Notes: generated from the letters alone by a model not told the origin. DNA of 64,000 nucleotides from Octopus sinensis (GCF_006345805.1 NC_042999.1:138446001-138510000); one strand, 5' to 3'. Shown: positions 11,125-23,182, counted from the stretch's first letter. Translations and numbers: made by a program.

Positions 11125-11211
<87 letters not shown>

Positions 11212-12083
11212 TATACAAAGCATTCAAACACTAATGTTTGAAATAAGATGTCACTACTGTTAATATCATTCAGCGCATAAAATTTTAAATTGATGGTATC
11301 GACAGTAGTAACACAGGTGGTTCACAGGCAAATAGCATTATTAAGCTATAATATACAAGTTAGCACGAAGCATAAGGATGCAGAGAAGCATCAACCTGCT
11401 ACAAATAAGACCTAAGGTCTTAAACCACCGTAAAACACCAAAATAACAGAGAAATAGGTAAGATCAACAAAAAAGTACACGATATGAAGATAGGAGCTAA
11501 TAATAGTTTCTTACTTTAGATATACAAGTTCTAAAACACGCATTTATATGTGCAAACATCTATGTATATGTGTTTGTACACACTTGGAGTCATGCATATG
11601 AATGTGTGTGTGTATGTTTTGTGAGACAGAAAGCACAAGTGATGTTCATAATGATTACATGTGTGTACGTCGATTCGTTGCGTCAATGGGTGTGTGTTAG
11701 TATGTGTGCCTGTATGTTATGAGACGGAACCAGTCTACTACGAAAGTGGCTAGACAATGTTCTCTCTGTTGAGCTTGTACCAGGTCAAATACTTACGTCC
11801 ATTTCTACGTTACACATACGTTCAAACATACACACAAACAAACAAACAATCAAACACACATGCAGACAGAAACATAGATGTATATCCCGTGGCAGGGGGT
11901 AAAAATGAAGAATTTGCTGGAATATCTTACATTCACGCAAACTCATCGAATCTGTAAGAATGATGTCATTGTTTGGATATTTTAGACATGGAAGACGACT
12001 GTTTGCTTCTTGAATCTCGCCCATCGCAGTTTATTACGTAAACACTCTATTCTTATATATTTATCTATCTATATAACCATGTA

Positions 12084-12132
<49 letters not shown>

Positions 12133-12148
12133 CCATGTATATATGTAT

Positions 12149-12181
<33 letters not shown>

Positions 12182-12447
12182 TTATACATCATCTATCTAT
12201 AATACTGTAAATTTAACGTTCCGTATCTCCGTTCTGTTGATCCTATTTTAAGTAAGGCGATTATCATTTCGGTCAATTCTATGTGTTTCTGACAGATGCC
12301 TTGCTAAAGTTTCTGGCTTTGGATCCTGGTATGTATTTATTTAGTTAGTAATTATTTATTTGTGTATAAATCTAGGTTCGTATATGTGTGCCTATGTATG
12401 TAAGTATGTATGCATATATATACGTAAGTATAAATAAATACATAATG

Positions 12448-12478
<31 letters not shown>

Positions 12479-12557
12479 TAATTATATATATATATATATA
12501 TATATTGGTGAATTGAAGAAATGGAGCTGAACGCAGATTGAACAGAAATCGTTTTAT

Positions 12558-12643
12558 TTCATTCTACACGTGTTTCGAAAGGCACAAATTACCAAAATCC
12601 GATTGATAATGGGACCATATTGTGTCTTTCTCTTCAGGAAGAA
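12558..12643 (-). ncRNA. Type I hammerhead ribozyme fold (mirror copy of 13544-13630)
   Basis: Reverse complement of the 13544-13630 motif, with core, stem II, stem III and the GUA site intact. Confidence 0.7.
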
Positions 12644-13543
12644 AAAGGAAATCCGTTGGAAAAACAAAAACAGAACAGAGGCAGAGCAAAAAACAAATCG
12701 AACTGTGCTCCTAAGAGCCCATGGCGAAACTGTTTATCAGTGTATGTTGAGAACGGTGGCTGAAGAATTCAACAGGTCAGGCATCGGTCAAACATGTGGG
12801 TGAGGGTGTATAGACGTTCTTTGTGACCGAGAATAAAGTTCTGACTATTTAAAGAATATTGGATGTTTTATAAGGGGCGAGAAAAAATCTACTTAGAGAC
12901 GTGTGTGTGTTGTATACTGTTCTATATATGTGTGTGTTGCGTAGGGGTAGAAAACATTTTTTGTGTACGTGTGTGCGTTTGATCGTTCGGCTGTCAGTGG
13001 CTACTGCCGTGATAACCGTTGGGTGGCAGAAAGAAAAAAATAAAGAAATTATATAATATATATATTTTATGTTTTATTGTGTGTGTGTGTGTTCATCTAA
13101 GCCTACCTTGACAAGGAACCCCCCCGTGAAAAAACAAGCCCCGTTTGTCTTACAGGAGTAATTTCCCTTGCAGTGGTTAATTGTAGATATCTTAAAATCT
13201 ATTTCAGAATTTCAGAATTTGTTACCAAGGGCTATGGGTGCCGGTCTCAACACACACATATATAGAACAGTATACACACACACACGTCTCTAAGTAGATT
13301 TTTTCTCGCCCCTTATAAAACATCCAATATTCTTTAAATAGTCAGAACTTTATTCTCGGTCACAAAGAACGTCTATACACCCTCACCCACATGTTTGACC
13401 GATGCCTGACCTGTTGAATTCTTCAGCCACCGGTTCTCAACATACACTGATAAACAGTTTCGCCATGGGCTCTTAGGAGCACAGTTCGATTTGTTTTTGC
13501 TCTGCCTCTGTTCTGTTTTTGTTTTTCCAACGGATTTCCTTTT

Positions 13544-13630
13544 TTCTTCCTGAAGAGAAAGACACAATATGGTCCCATTATTCAATCGGATTTTGGTAAT
13601 TTGTGCCTTTCGAAACACGTGTAGAATGAA
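13544..13630 (+). ncRNA. Type I hammerhead ribozyme fold
   Basis: ttcttc CTGAAGA gaaagacac..gtgcctttc GAAA cacgtg TA / gaatgaa. Palindromic stem III ACACGTGT, GUA triplet, predicted cleavage after 13623. Confidence 0.7.
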
Positions 13631-13846
13631 ATAAAACGATTTCTGTTCAATCTGCGTTCAGCTCCATTTCTTCAATTCACCAATAATGTTTTAATTTCAA
13701 TTATCCGCACCAACGCACGGTTGCAACGCCAGATGGTTGTACCTCCAACCGTGCTGTTCACTGCTGTGATTTTTGCTACTAAGTATCGGTAAACTTTTGA
13801 TTAATCTACTACAAGATTATTCATCTTTCTTTTTCACATTATATAT

Positions 13847-13894
<48 letters not shown>

Positions 13895-13895
<1 letters not shown>

Positions 13896-14165
13896 TAGCA
13901 TTAAAGACCCGTCGTTGCCGGGTCATAGTGCTAGTGCAGTATATATGGTATATATATGTGTACATATTACATGTACATCTATATATATATTACATCTACA
14001 CATAAAATGCAGAATACAAAGTTATATCTTGATATCGCTAGTGATAGCAATACTCAAAATATATAACAGACTGGAATTGTTAGCTCTTCTTTTTTCTCTA
14101 CAATTGTATACTTTATAGACAATAGTCTTTTCTTTAATATAATTTTTTATTATCCATCTGGACTA
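13895..14165 (-). mobile_element. 3' part of a non-autonomous Helitron (inverted copy of the element at 14232)
   Basis: The minus strand ends gacccggcaacgacgggtc-tttaatg-CTAG|T (hairpin plus CTAG at 13895). It matches 14675-14760 joined to 20321-20515. Confidence 0.75.
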
Positions 14166-14182
14166 TCCCGTGATCACGTAAT

Positions 14183-14214
<32 letters not shown>

Positions 14215-14991
14215 ATATATATATATATATATCTTTATATATATAAAACTGAGAATGTGTGTCTGTCTGTCTGTGTGTTTCCCTAAAACTTGAGAACTAC
14301 ACAACCAATTTCATTCAAATTTTATACATGCCTTACTTAGGGTCCGGGGAGTGTCATCGGCAAAAAAAAATGTTCGACTTCTTGCCTAGAGCAAGCCCAT
14401 AGCAATATCATATCTTCTCCACTATTTCAGTATTACGTGTTAAAAGTGAAATAAAAACGTTTCTCTATTTTATGTCAGACACTTTCACTTTAACAATAAA
14501 AATAATAATAACAATTGAATTATATGTAGCAAGTAATAATTAAAATCAAACTAAAGTAACATGACGAAAGTAAAAATAGCAATGGTATAAAAATGCACCA
14601 ATGATTTGAACTTGAATAATTAGTTCACATGAACGGGAATAATAAAAATAAAAATAAATGCAGCAGAAAAGGAATAGTCAGATTGGATAATAAAAAATAA
14701 ATTAAAACTTAAATTAAGAAAGGACATTGTCTATAAAGTATACAATGTAGAGAAAAAAGATTTGACCACCCGGAGGAATCAATTTTTTGCGTTATTAGTA
14801 AGTTGATATATTTTTGCTCTCGTACTATATCTCTGTTATTATATACTGTTGGTCTACCTGTTTTGTCTATTGTTGTCTAACGGACGAAGTCAGCCTTCGC
14901 GCGAAGACTTCGCGTTGGTGTTCCCCCCTCAGTGGGGGAAAAATACAATTAATTTGGATTTACCAAGGCTTGTTAAAGCCATTTGTTCAAG

Positions 14992-16376
14992 ATGGAGTCC
15001 CCCATCTCTTATTCGCCCGTGACGAGCGAGGATGAATACCCGGCGTTGTCGCCAAGTAAAAAAGAGGCTTTGTCGCCAAGAAAAAAAGAGGCGTTGTCGC
15101 CGAAGAAAAAAGAGGCGGCGTCGCCCAAGAAAATGGAAAAACCAGTACCAGCATCAACTCCAGCAAAAAAATTCGCTGAAGTGGCTGGGAAAAAGATCAA
15201 AAAAATAAATATAGAAAATTTTAAAAAATTTGCAGACTGTGTAAAAAAAGAAGGCACAGAAGTGACTGTGGCCACAAACATACAAATACATGACGATATA
15301 GAAAAAAAAAGAATAATATATAAAACTTACGACACAACGAAAAAAATGATCCAAAAAATCGAAGAAAAAAAAATAGAGTCTTGTCTAAAACCGTTTATGG
15401 ACAAAATAACGTATATAAACAGAGGAAAAAGATACGGCACAGTGGAGGTGCGTTTTACTACGGAGGAGATAGCGAAGAAGAAGAAACTATCGATGGAGCC
15501 GATCAAAGCGGAAAACATTGTCTTACTACCATTGTATAAAGGAAAAAGGACGTCGAAAATTTCAATGAACAACATACCGCCAGAGGCAGATGCTGAATGT
15601 CTGGTGGCAGCAGTGATGGTAGGTCTGGAGGAAAAAATAAACATCCTCCAGGCCACAGTGGAGGAAGAGGAGTTTTGGAAAGGGCAAAAAATAGTGATAG
15701 CCATTCAGGCGGAGGTGCAAACACTGGAAGAAATTCCAGAAACGGTAAAGATTAGTGAAGACGAGAAAATAACAGTGTTCGTGGAGGGCAGGAAACCGAG
15801 GTGCTTCGGCTGCGGCAAGAAGGGGCATGTAAGGGCGGAATGCCAACCCCAACCCAAACCGCAGGAAGCACCTAAGCCAAAAGAAAAAGAAGATAATGTG
15901 TCACCAGAAGCAGCGTCGGACGGCCCAGAAGGGAAGACTGAAGGTGTGGAGGTGACGGTGACAGCAAACCAGCGGCGGAGAAAAAAAAAAGAGCGAGGAA
16001 AAGATAAATGAGGAGGGGTGGGCAAAAATTACCGGAAGGAAAAAAAAAAAAACGGAAACCACCCCTCCCAGAGTAATTTTAAAAAGAAAAAAGAGTCAAT
16101 GAACTCATATATGGCCGTAAAGGCAGCAAATAGCAGACTCGGAAACGTGTTGGCAGCCATGGCCAAAGTGGAGAAAGTAGTGAAAAAAAACGACTTTGTA
16201 ATTTACAGAATAGCCGGAAGGATTACGGGCGGATAAAGTCAGAATTCTTCCATGACGTAGGCCCACTTAGATTGGATGTGACATCTCCACATATATTCGA
16301 GGGCCTACGTCAGACTCCCCCACGAGGCCCAGAAAAAGAGTTAGAAGAACAAGAGAAAACCGAACCACTGATATAA
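14992..16376 (+). CDS. LINE ORF1p (gag-like, CCHC zinc knuckle); open 14992-16011 and apparently continuing through frameshifts to TAA at 16374-16376
   Basis: ATG at 14992 and the knuckle RPRCFGCGKKGHVRAEC. Downstream frames (EEGWAKITGR, MNSYMAVKAA, IKSEFFHDVGPL...EPLI*) end 8 nt before the ORF2 ATG. Confidence 0.85.
15043..15138 (+). repeat. 4 x 24-nt in-frame tandem repeat in ORF1 (ALSPSKKE ALSPRKKE ALSPKKKE AASPKKME)
   Basis: The unit gcgttgtcgccaag.aaaaaagag is repeated four times. Confidence 0.95.
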
Positions 16377-16384
16377 GGTAAGTA

Positions 16385-19300
16385 ATGGATTACATTTATG
16401 TTGGTTGTTTGAATGTGCGCGGCCTGGGAGCAGGCTGGAAGCAAGGTCGCTTCCTGCATGATATCAGGTCGCGTAATTTAGATGTTATTGTTGCTACAGA
16501 AACCCGGTTAGAGGGGCCAAGAGGTCTACTCCCGCTGTTTGACGGCTACGAGAGTTTTTTCTCTCCTGGCAGTCCTACAGGCGGGAGTGGGGTGTTGGTC
16601 CTATTAAAAAGAAACCGGGTTTCTGAGAAAAAGTTAATTTTTGCAGATCCAGAAGGTAGGCTGGTCGTCATGGATTTGACGTTCAGTAATGGTAAAGTTA
16701 TCAGACTGGTTGCAATTTACGCACCCAACCATACAGGGCAAAGTGATTATTTTCGTGAACTAGAAAACTTTCTTGGTACTTCGCATTCATTAGTGGTGCT
16801 AGGAGACTTTAACACAATTTGCAAAGCGGATGTAGATTGTGTTGGCTCGCGTCCAGATAGAAAAGGCAACAGTGGCTTCATGGAACTGCTAAGCCGCTTT
16901 GAGCTAGCAGATCCTTATAGGCTGGAATTTCCGAACGCTCCATTGTGGACATGGTCAAACAGCGACGGATCTTCCAGGTCATATTTAGATAGAATACTAA
17001 TTAGAAAAGTAGACAGTAAAATAGCTAAGTGTCCACAGTTTTACCCGATCAGCTACAGTGATCATAAAATGGTCACCTGTAAGCTTGACATAGATAAGGT
17101 TAAAAATAGAGGATCCGGTTACTGGAAACTTAATACGTCCCTTTTGGCGATTAAGGAGTACAAAGACCGGATTAGGAATATAATTCAGAGGGCACTATCT
17201 GGTACCATCATTAATAACAAATGGTGGTACGCCCTCAAACGAGCCATCAAGTTTGAGTCTATTAGATATAGCATAGGAGTAGTGGCTAGAGAGGCTAGAA
17301 GGGAAACTACTCTAGTTAAGGAATTAGAGGAAGCCATGAAAACTGCTCTGCGGCTCAGGTGGCGTCCAGAGACTGGTGATAAACCAGCACCTCGAGGCCA
17401 AACACATGGGCTGCATTGTCAGGGCTAGAATCCGCCATATGGGATGTGAAGGAATCAACGCCGTGAGATGGGCCCGAGTGGTGGAAGCTCGGCATGGTAA
17501 CGATGCCACGATTCGATCTTTGACGAACCAACAAGGTGAGTTGATAAACGAACCCGAGGAGATGTGTGAGGCCTTTCAGGAGCACTTCGCTCAGCTTTTC
17601 GGTGAGTGCGGCGGACTGGATAGGAGGAGGGCCTTTACGGACCTACTCGACGGGCTGCCGCGCTTATCGGGGCGAGATGCGGAGGGCTGTGAAGGGCCAA
17701 TCACGCCTGAGGAGGTGGTTGAGGCAATGGCGGACTGCGGCGCGGGCAAGGCGCCGGGTTTGGATGGTCTACCCTATGAGTTATATAAGAGTATGCCAGA
17801 CTTGTTCGGGCACCTACTGGCGGAGGTCTACGCGAACTGGCAGCAGAACGGGCTTATACCCAGATCTGTGCGCCGGGGAGTAGTGACTCTCGTCAGAAAG
17901 GACCCGAGCAAGGGGGAGTGCATTGATAATTTCAGGCCCATCACTCTACTAAACACAGAGTTGAAGATTTTGGCCAAAGTGTTATCGAAAAGATTGGCGC
18001 GTGTCGCGGATGGTCTGATCGGAGAGGCACAGACATGTGCCGTTCCGGGCAGATCCATTCAGGATAATCTCCATCTAATGCGGTACACTATAGAGGGGTT
18101 TAATAGTGATTCTGGCAAGGGTGGGGCACTGGTCCAATTAGACCAATCTAAAGCTTTTTGATAGGGTCGACCATCGTTACCTAGTATCTGCCCTGGCACA
18201 GTTCGGGCTGGGCCTTGGCTTCCTCAGGTGGATTATCCAAATGTATGATAACATCGACTCGGTAGTTCGGGTGAACGGCTTCTTGTCGAAGCCGTTCAAA
18301 ATCAAACGCTCGGTTCGTCAAGGGTGTCCGCTCTCCCCGCTTTTGTACGTGATGGCTCTCGAGCCATTACTGCGAAAATGAGCGGCATCCCGAGACAGCC
18401 AGGTAATGGAAAATCAGTATCAGCGTACGCGGATGACATCACCATCATCGTAACCGAAATGGACCACCTATGTAAAGTAGGCAAGGCCATAGAGGTTTAC
18501 GAGACGGTGACAGGAGCAAAAGTTAATCGCGAAAAGTCAGTCGGCTTGCAACTCGGCACCTGGAGAGGCAAGTCGATGCCTCCTGACAGCGTCGGGGACG
18601 TTGGACGGAGGGTCCGATTAAACTGCTAGGGGTCTGGTTCGGTCCAGACCTCCAAATAGAGAAGAATTGGGGCGAGGTAACGAGCAAGGTGGCTGCAGTA
18701 GCCAAGACTGGTCTTGGCGGTGGCTATCCCTGAAAGGGAGGGCGGAGGTGGCCAATGTGTTTATCGCATCGGTTATCACCTACCGCCTTTCCGTCGTTCC
18801 TTGCCCTGATTCGTGGTTGATCAAGTTGGAAAGACAGCTCTTCTACTTCTTGTGGAAGGGCGGGAAACCACTTGTGAAACGCTCTACTTGCTGTCAACAA
18901 CCGTTAAAGGGTGGGCTAGGGATGCCTTGGCTGATGATGCGCAGACATGCGCTGAGGTTAAGACATCTGTGGCTCTACCTGGATGGTGAACGGGTGTGGT
19001 CTTCGCTAGCAAAACTGATGTTTCCCAAGTTCACTAGTTTCGGTGGATGGGAAACCTGGCTGAATCGTAGATCGAAACTTGGTACTTGGTACACGGAGTG
19101 TCGCAAGGCTCTCCTGCTATTCCGTCGCTCGGGCAACGCCTGCGGTGGGGGTTCCACCACATTCTTCTATAGAGGGTTGGTAGAGGCGGAATGTGAAGAT
19201 ACCTTGGGGGAAACCCTAGGTCTCGACGATAATCAGCTGGCCAGTCTGTTCCGACGTACGTTTGAGCCGAGGACACTGGACAACTTCCAGAAGTCTCTGG

Positions 19301-19776
19301 CATGGCAATGCTACAGAGGAGCTCTACCTGTTCGGGATAAACTCGCAAGGCACGGTGGCCAAGACAGTCCGATATGTCCAAGATGCGGACGGGATAGGGA
19401 AACCGTCCCGCACGCGATTGTTCATTGTCCGGACGTGTCTGAGGTGTGGGTTTATGCCGAACACCTGTTGTCAGGTACACGAAGAGTACAGCTGTCGACT
19501 GAGTCGATTACAAAAATTGACCCACCGGATTTCCTCGTGAATGAAGGTAAGTTTCGTTTTCTCGTTGTAGTAGCAATTGCGAAAGAGGTGATAGGGAAGA
19601 CGAGAATGAAAGGTTTACAGTCAGGCAAGTTCATCTCCGGCCCTGGTTTGATGAATTATTTCATCTTTCACCTGAAAAGGAAGATAGGGCTGGAAAGAAT
19701 ATGCCTGACTAGGAGAGTGTATGAAGAACGATGGAAGGATGTAGCACGAAAGTTGCGAGTGAAAGATACAACATAA
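16385..19776 (+). pseudogene. LINE ORF2 (APE endonuclease, reverse transcriptase, zf-RVT) broken by about five frameshifts
   Basis: LNVRGL, ETRL, GDFN, WTW, YLDRIL, YSDHK and GYWKLN (APE). KAPGLDGLP, FRPITLLN, LDQSKAF/DRVDH, RQGCPLSP and YADD (RT). CPRCG..ETVPHAIVHC (C-terminal zinc finger). Confidence 0.95.
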
Positions 19777-20020
19777 ATGTAATACCAAGCGCAACCAAAA
19801 GTATCAGTGGGGAGGCGGGGCTCGTGGGGTCCGAGCTAAACCCGCACCCACTCCACCCGTAACGTCTTCCGGTCTGTCCCATCATTCGATTTCTGTCCAT
19901 TTATTGTAATTCATGAAAAATTTTTAAATTCGATTTATTGTAAAAACCCATTCGTGTGTCTGACTCCTCATCAGATTGTATTGTCCCATCTTTGTTCGCC
20001 CCTTGTGGGTAATAATAAAA

Positions 20021-20320
20021 CATGGAGGAAAGCACATTCGAAAAGTGTCTTGGTGCGACTATGAAAGGTATCTAATCAGATGCGGTAAATTCGCCACAAT
20101 AGAAACAAGGTTCGAGTCAACGGAGCGTGCAAGGGAGTACTCGACTCGAACTTGCAAAGTGGAAATATTTTATTTTTACCTTTATATCTGGGACGTAGGA
20201 CGTCCAGGAAAAAAATTTAAAATGCCCCCCACCCCCAGAAGTAGAGGTAGGCTGGATTGTAGCCACACTTCTATACAAGAGGGAGGACAAGATACAATTG
20301 ATCGAAATTACAAGAGACGG
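20021..20320 (+). pseudogene. ORF1 fragment of a different Tx1 family abutting the 3' end of LINE B
   Basis: Hand translation with frameshifts: EKCL..YLIRCGKFATIETRFESTERAREYST, LPLYLGRRTSR and PPEVEVGWIVATLLY. These are colinear with ORF1 residues IESCL..YINRGKRYGTVEVRF, LPLYKGKRTSK and IPPEADAECLVA. Confidence 0.7.
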
Positions 20321-20695
20321 GCTAACAATTCCAGTCTGTTATATATTTTGAGTATTGTTATCACTAGCGATATCAGATATAAACTTTGCATTTTGTATTT
20401 TATGTGTAGATGTATATATATATATATATATATACATGTAATATGTACACATATATATACACATATATACATGCACTAGCACTATGACCCGGTAACGACG
20501 GGTCTTTAATGCTAGTATATCTATATTAATAGTTATCGCCAAGCTAACATGGCAGTCCAGAAAAACAGGACGAATACTGCCGTTGATTAGCTCCAAGAGG
20601 CCATTGTCTCTAGCTAGCTATGTGACACATAAACCTGTGTCCATTATAACCTTCGAATAGAGGAGGTCAGCCGCTTCCCCTTGCCGGTCTGGCAT

Positions 20696-20736
20696 CTACA
20701 GACTAGTTTCATGGTATTTGTCCCTTATCAATGTAG
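20696..20736 (-). ncRNA. Decayed minimal hammerhead fold
   Basis: ctaca TTGATAA gggacaaataccat GAAA ctag TC tgtag. Stem I 5 bp and palindromic ACTAGT stem III are intact; the core carries two transitions. Confidence 0.45.
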
Positions 20737-20783
20737 AGTAGCCGAATGAGGCAGGGCCATATATATATATATATATATATATA

Positions 20784-21510
20784 TAAACAAATTCAAAATG
20801 CGATAAAATAAAATTAATTATTTTCGCTGGTGTTTCTAGCACCGGCCATATATTATTCATATATAAGTAGATTAAAGGCGAAGTACGTACTAGAAACACA
20901 GAAGCTTGATAAATTTAGTGAAATGAAGATAAAAACTTTTACTAACTCTGTTCATCTTAGACTGCAGTTTCGCCTTGTTCATCAAAAAAATATAATATTT
21001 ATTTACTCAGGTAGGCTCTTCAGTAAGATTCCTGTTATTATGAAGGGCAACTCGATAGACACATGTGCGTCTAATAATTTGCTCTTTCTAACTAATCAGA
21101 TCACTGCGCAGACGCAGAACGAACCCGACAAAATAGGGATTTCTGGTATATAGTCTAACGCTCAAAATTTATCGAGAATATGTAAACAAATTCAAAATGC
21201 GATAAAATAAAATTAATTATTTTCGCTGGTGTTTCTAGCACCGGCCATATATTATTCATATATAAGTAGATTAAAGGCGAAGTACGTACTAGAAACACAG
21301 AAGCTTGATAAATTAGTGAACTGAAGATAAAAACTTTTACTAACTCTGTTCATCTTAGACTGCAGTTTCGCCTTGTTCATCAAAAAAATATAATATTTAT
21401 TTACTCAGGTAGGCTCTTCAAGATCCTGTTATTATGAAGGACAACTCGATAGACACATGTGCGTCTAATAATTGCTCTTTCTAACTAATCAGATCACTGC
21501 GCAGACGCAG
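20784..21510. repeat. Tandem direct repeat, copies 20784-21117 and 21183-21510, period ~398-399 nt
   Basis: taaacaaattcaaaatgcg...gatcactgcgcagacgcag occurs twice with a few small indels. Confidence 0.95.
20954..21029 (-). ncRNA. Canonical type I hammerhead ribozyme fold
   Basis: ATCTTA CTGAAGA GCCT-[37 nt]-AGGC GAAA CTGCAG TC / TAAGAT. Stem I 6 Watson-Crick pairs, stem II 4 bp, palindromic ACTGCAGT stem III, GUC site (cleavage between 20960 and 20959). Confidence 0.8.
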
Positions 21511-21511
21511 T

Positions 21512-21544
<33 letters not shown>

Positions 21545-21861
21545 ACTGTCTATTAGTATGCCGATTAAAGCACATTCACCATTTGGGTTACGATATAATT
21601 TCCACTAGATCTACGTTAGGAAATCCGTAGTGTATGTTGAGTTTATAATTGATGAAGGAAACGGGAGATGGATTTAGTATTTCGTTTCGACCCATCCTGC
21701 TGCTGTCCCATAGGGATACGATATTGTGCATTTTACGTTGCCTCAATCAGTGGAAGCTGTATCACTTCAGATAACCTTCGATGACGTCATTGCCATAAGA
21801 TGGGCTGAGATCTCTTCACGAAACTGCAAATAGCTTCTGGTATAGAATGCAATATAGTTCA

Positions 21862-22010
21862 TTATTTACATTATTTACATTTGACGGATATTTGTCAAAG
21901 TTCGAAATTTCCCCCAAGATACCTGATGAGGGTATATCAGCCGAAACGTAGTGTTAACAACAACGAAGATCAGGATAAATATCCGTCAAATGTAAATTAT
22001 GTAAATAATG
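21862..22010 (+). mobile_element. Penelope-like terminus with a short inverted repeat and a minimal hammerhead (21918-21955)
   Basis: gatac CTGATGA gggtatatcagcc GAAA cg TA gtgtt, with weak stem II. It is flanked by the inverted repeats atttacatttgacggatattt and aaatatccgtcaaatgtaaat. Confidence 0.6.
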
Positions 22011-23101
22011 TACATAATTCCTCATCTATTAAATATAGAACTGTATTATTCAATATAGTTGTTATCTGAGGGAGGAAAGTTGTGTCACCGTCCTCAACCC
22101 TTTTTCTGGTGAAGTTCAATCATACACTCTAACGTTTCAATGCAATACCTCAAATGCAGGAAATGAATTGTCTCCCAATTCCACCGTGAACACCCTCCCC
22201 GAGAAACCCCAAACAACCCCCCCCCCAGGAGTAAAGACTCCCCTCTCCCAGATTAAGAACCACTGTTTTACATCATGCGCTAATACTCAACTCTCTTGTT
22301 TATACTTTTTATCTGCTTGATTCTGACATAGGCAGACCGTCAATTAAATGCTTAGTTTGGACTATTCAGTTAAAGGAAAAGCAACAAGTACTCATATATT
22401 GAAGAATATGCATAACATCGGGAATTCTAAACGGTTAGTGTTCGAAAAGATAGAAAGACTGAGCCCCTGTATTTCAAGTACTTTTCTCGTTGAAACTATA
22501 CATCTCTTGTGATGGAAGAAATCCAGTTATCAAAGGGTGTTTTGGTCGACATCTTAAAGACTCTCCTAATAGCATTTGTCTGTGACAGTTAATAAAATAT
22601 AGATTGATATAGACAAAAATAGTGAGTGAGTGAGAGAGAGAGAGAGAGAGAGAGAGAAAGAAACAGACAGAGACAGACAGTGACAGAGAGAGAGAGCGGG
22701 GGGAAGGGAGGGGGATAAAGAAGTGAAGGATGAGATATTTCGAGCAAATTTATACAAATGTCATATCTCTGAGTATTTAGTGACAAATGAAACTTTGAAA
22801 TAAGATTATTCATACTTTTTTCTGAAAGGAAATTATGCATACACACACAAACACACATTTAATGAACACACAGATGGCCATATATGCATATATACACAAT
22901 TTCACACAAACACATCCACAAAAACAAGAACGCGTGCGCACACACACACACACACATACAGCAGTCAACTAAAAAACGTTCATATAGGCACGTTCATATA
23001 GACAAAGGTTTCAAAGTCACCTATATAAATGTATGTTACTTAGCCTTTTAGTATTGGACAGAAAAAGTACGTCACACACGCGCGCACCCGCCCGAGCATG
23101 T

Positions 23102-23182
<81 letters not shown>

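Larger units (their letters stand above)
12503..13685. repeat. Large inverted repeat, arms 12503-12939 and 13248-13685 (~437 bp), ~308-nt spacer
   Basis: The arms are near-exact reverse complements. The track shows mirrored ORFs 12570(+) and 13618(-) with the same start, MFRKAQITKIRL. Confidence 0.95.
14761..20020 (+). mobile_element. Near full-length Tx1/L1-clade non-LTR retrotransposon (copy B)
   Basis: 5' UTR, ORF1, an 8-nt spacer, ORF2 and a 3' UTR ending ttgtcccatctttgttcgccccttgtgggtaataataaaa. The 5' boundary is inferred from the Helitron empty site. Confidence 0.95.
14232..20515 (+). mobile_element. Non-autonomous Helitron interrupted by a 5.56-kb insertion (14761-20320)
   Basis: 5' A|TCTTTATATATATAAAA followed by (GTCT)n. 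3' hairpin gacccggtaacgacgggtc and CTAG|T at 20512-20516. The flanks are colinear with the uninterrupted inverted copy. Confidence 0.75.

Noticed and set aside
11870-12040. Possible small exons on either strand
   Set aside because: Several weak AG/GT pairings are possible, none stands out, and the peptides are unrecognisable.
13895-20515. A 6.6-kb DNA transposon with ~190-bp terminal inverted repeats
   Set aside because: The apparent TIRs are two oppositely oriented Helitron 3' ends (hairpin plus CTAG). There is no transposase, and the left copy continues into sequence matching the interior of the right copy.
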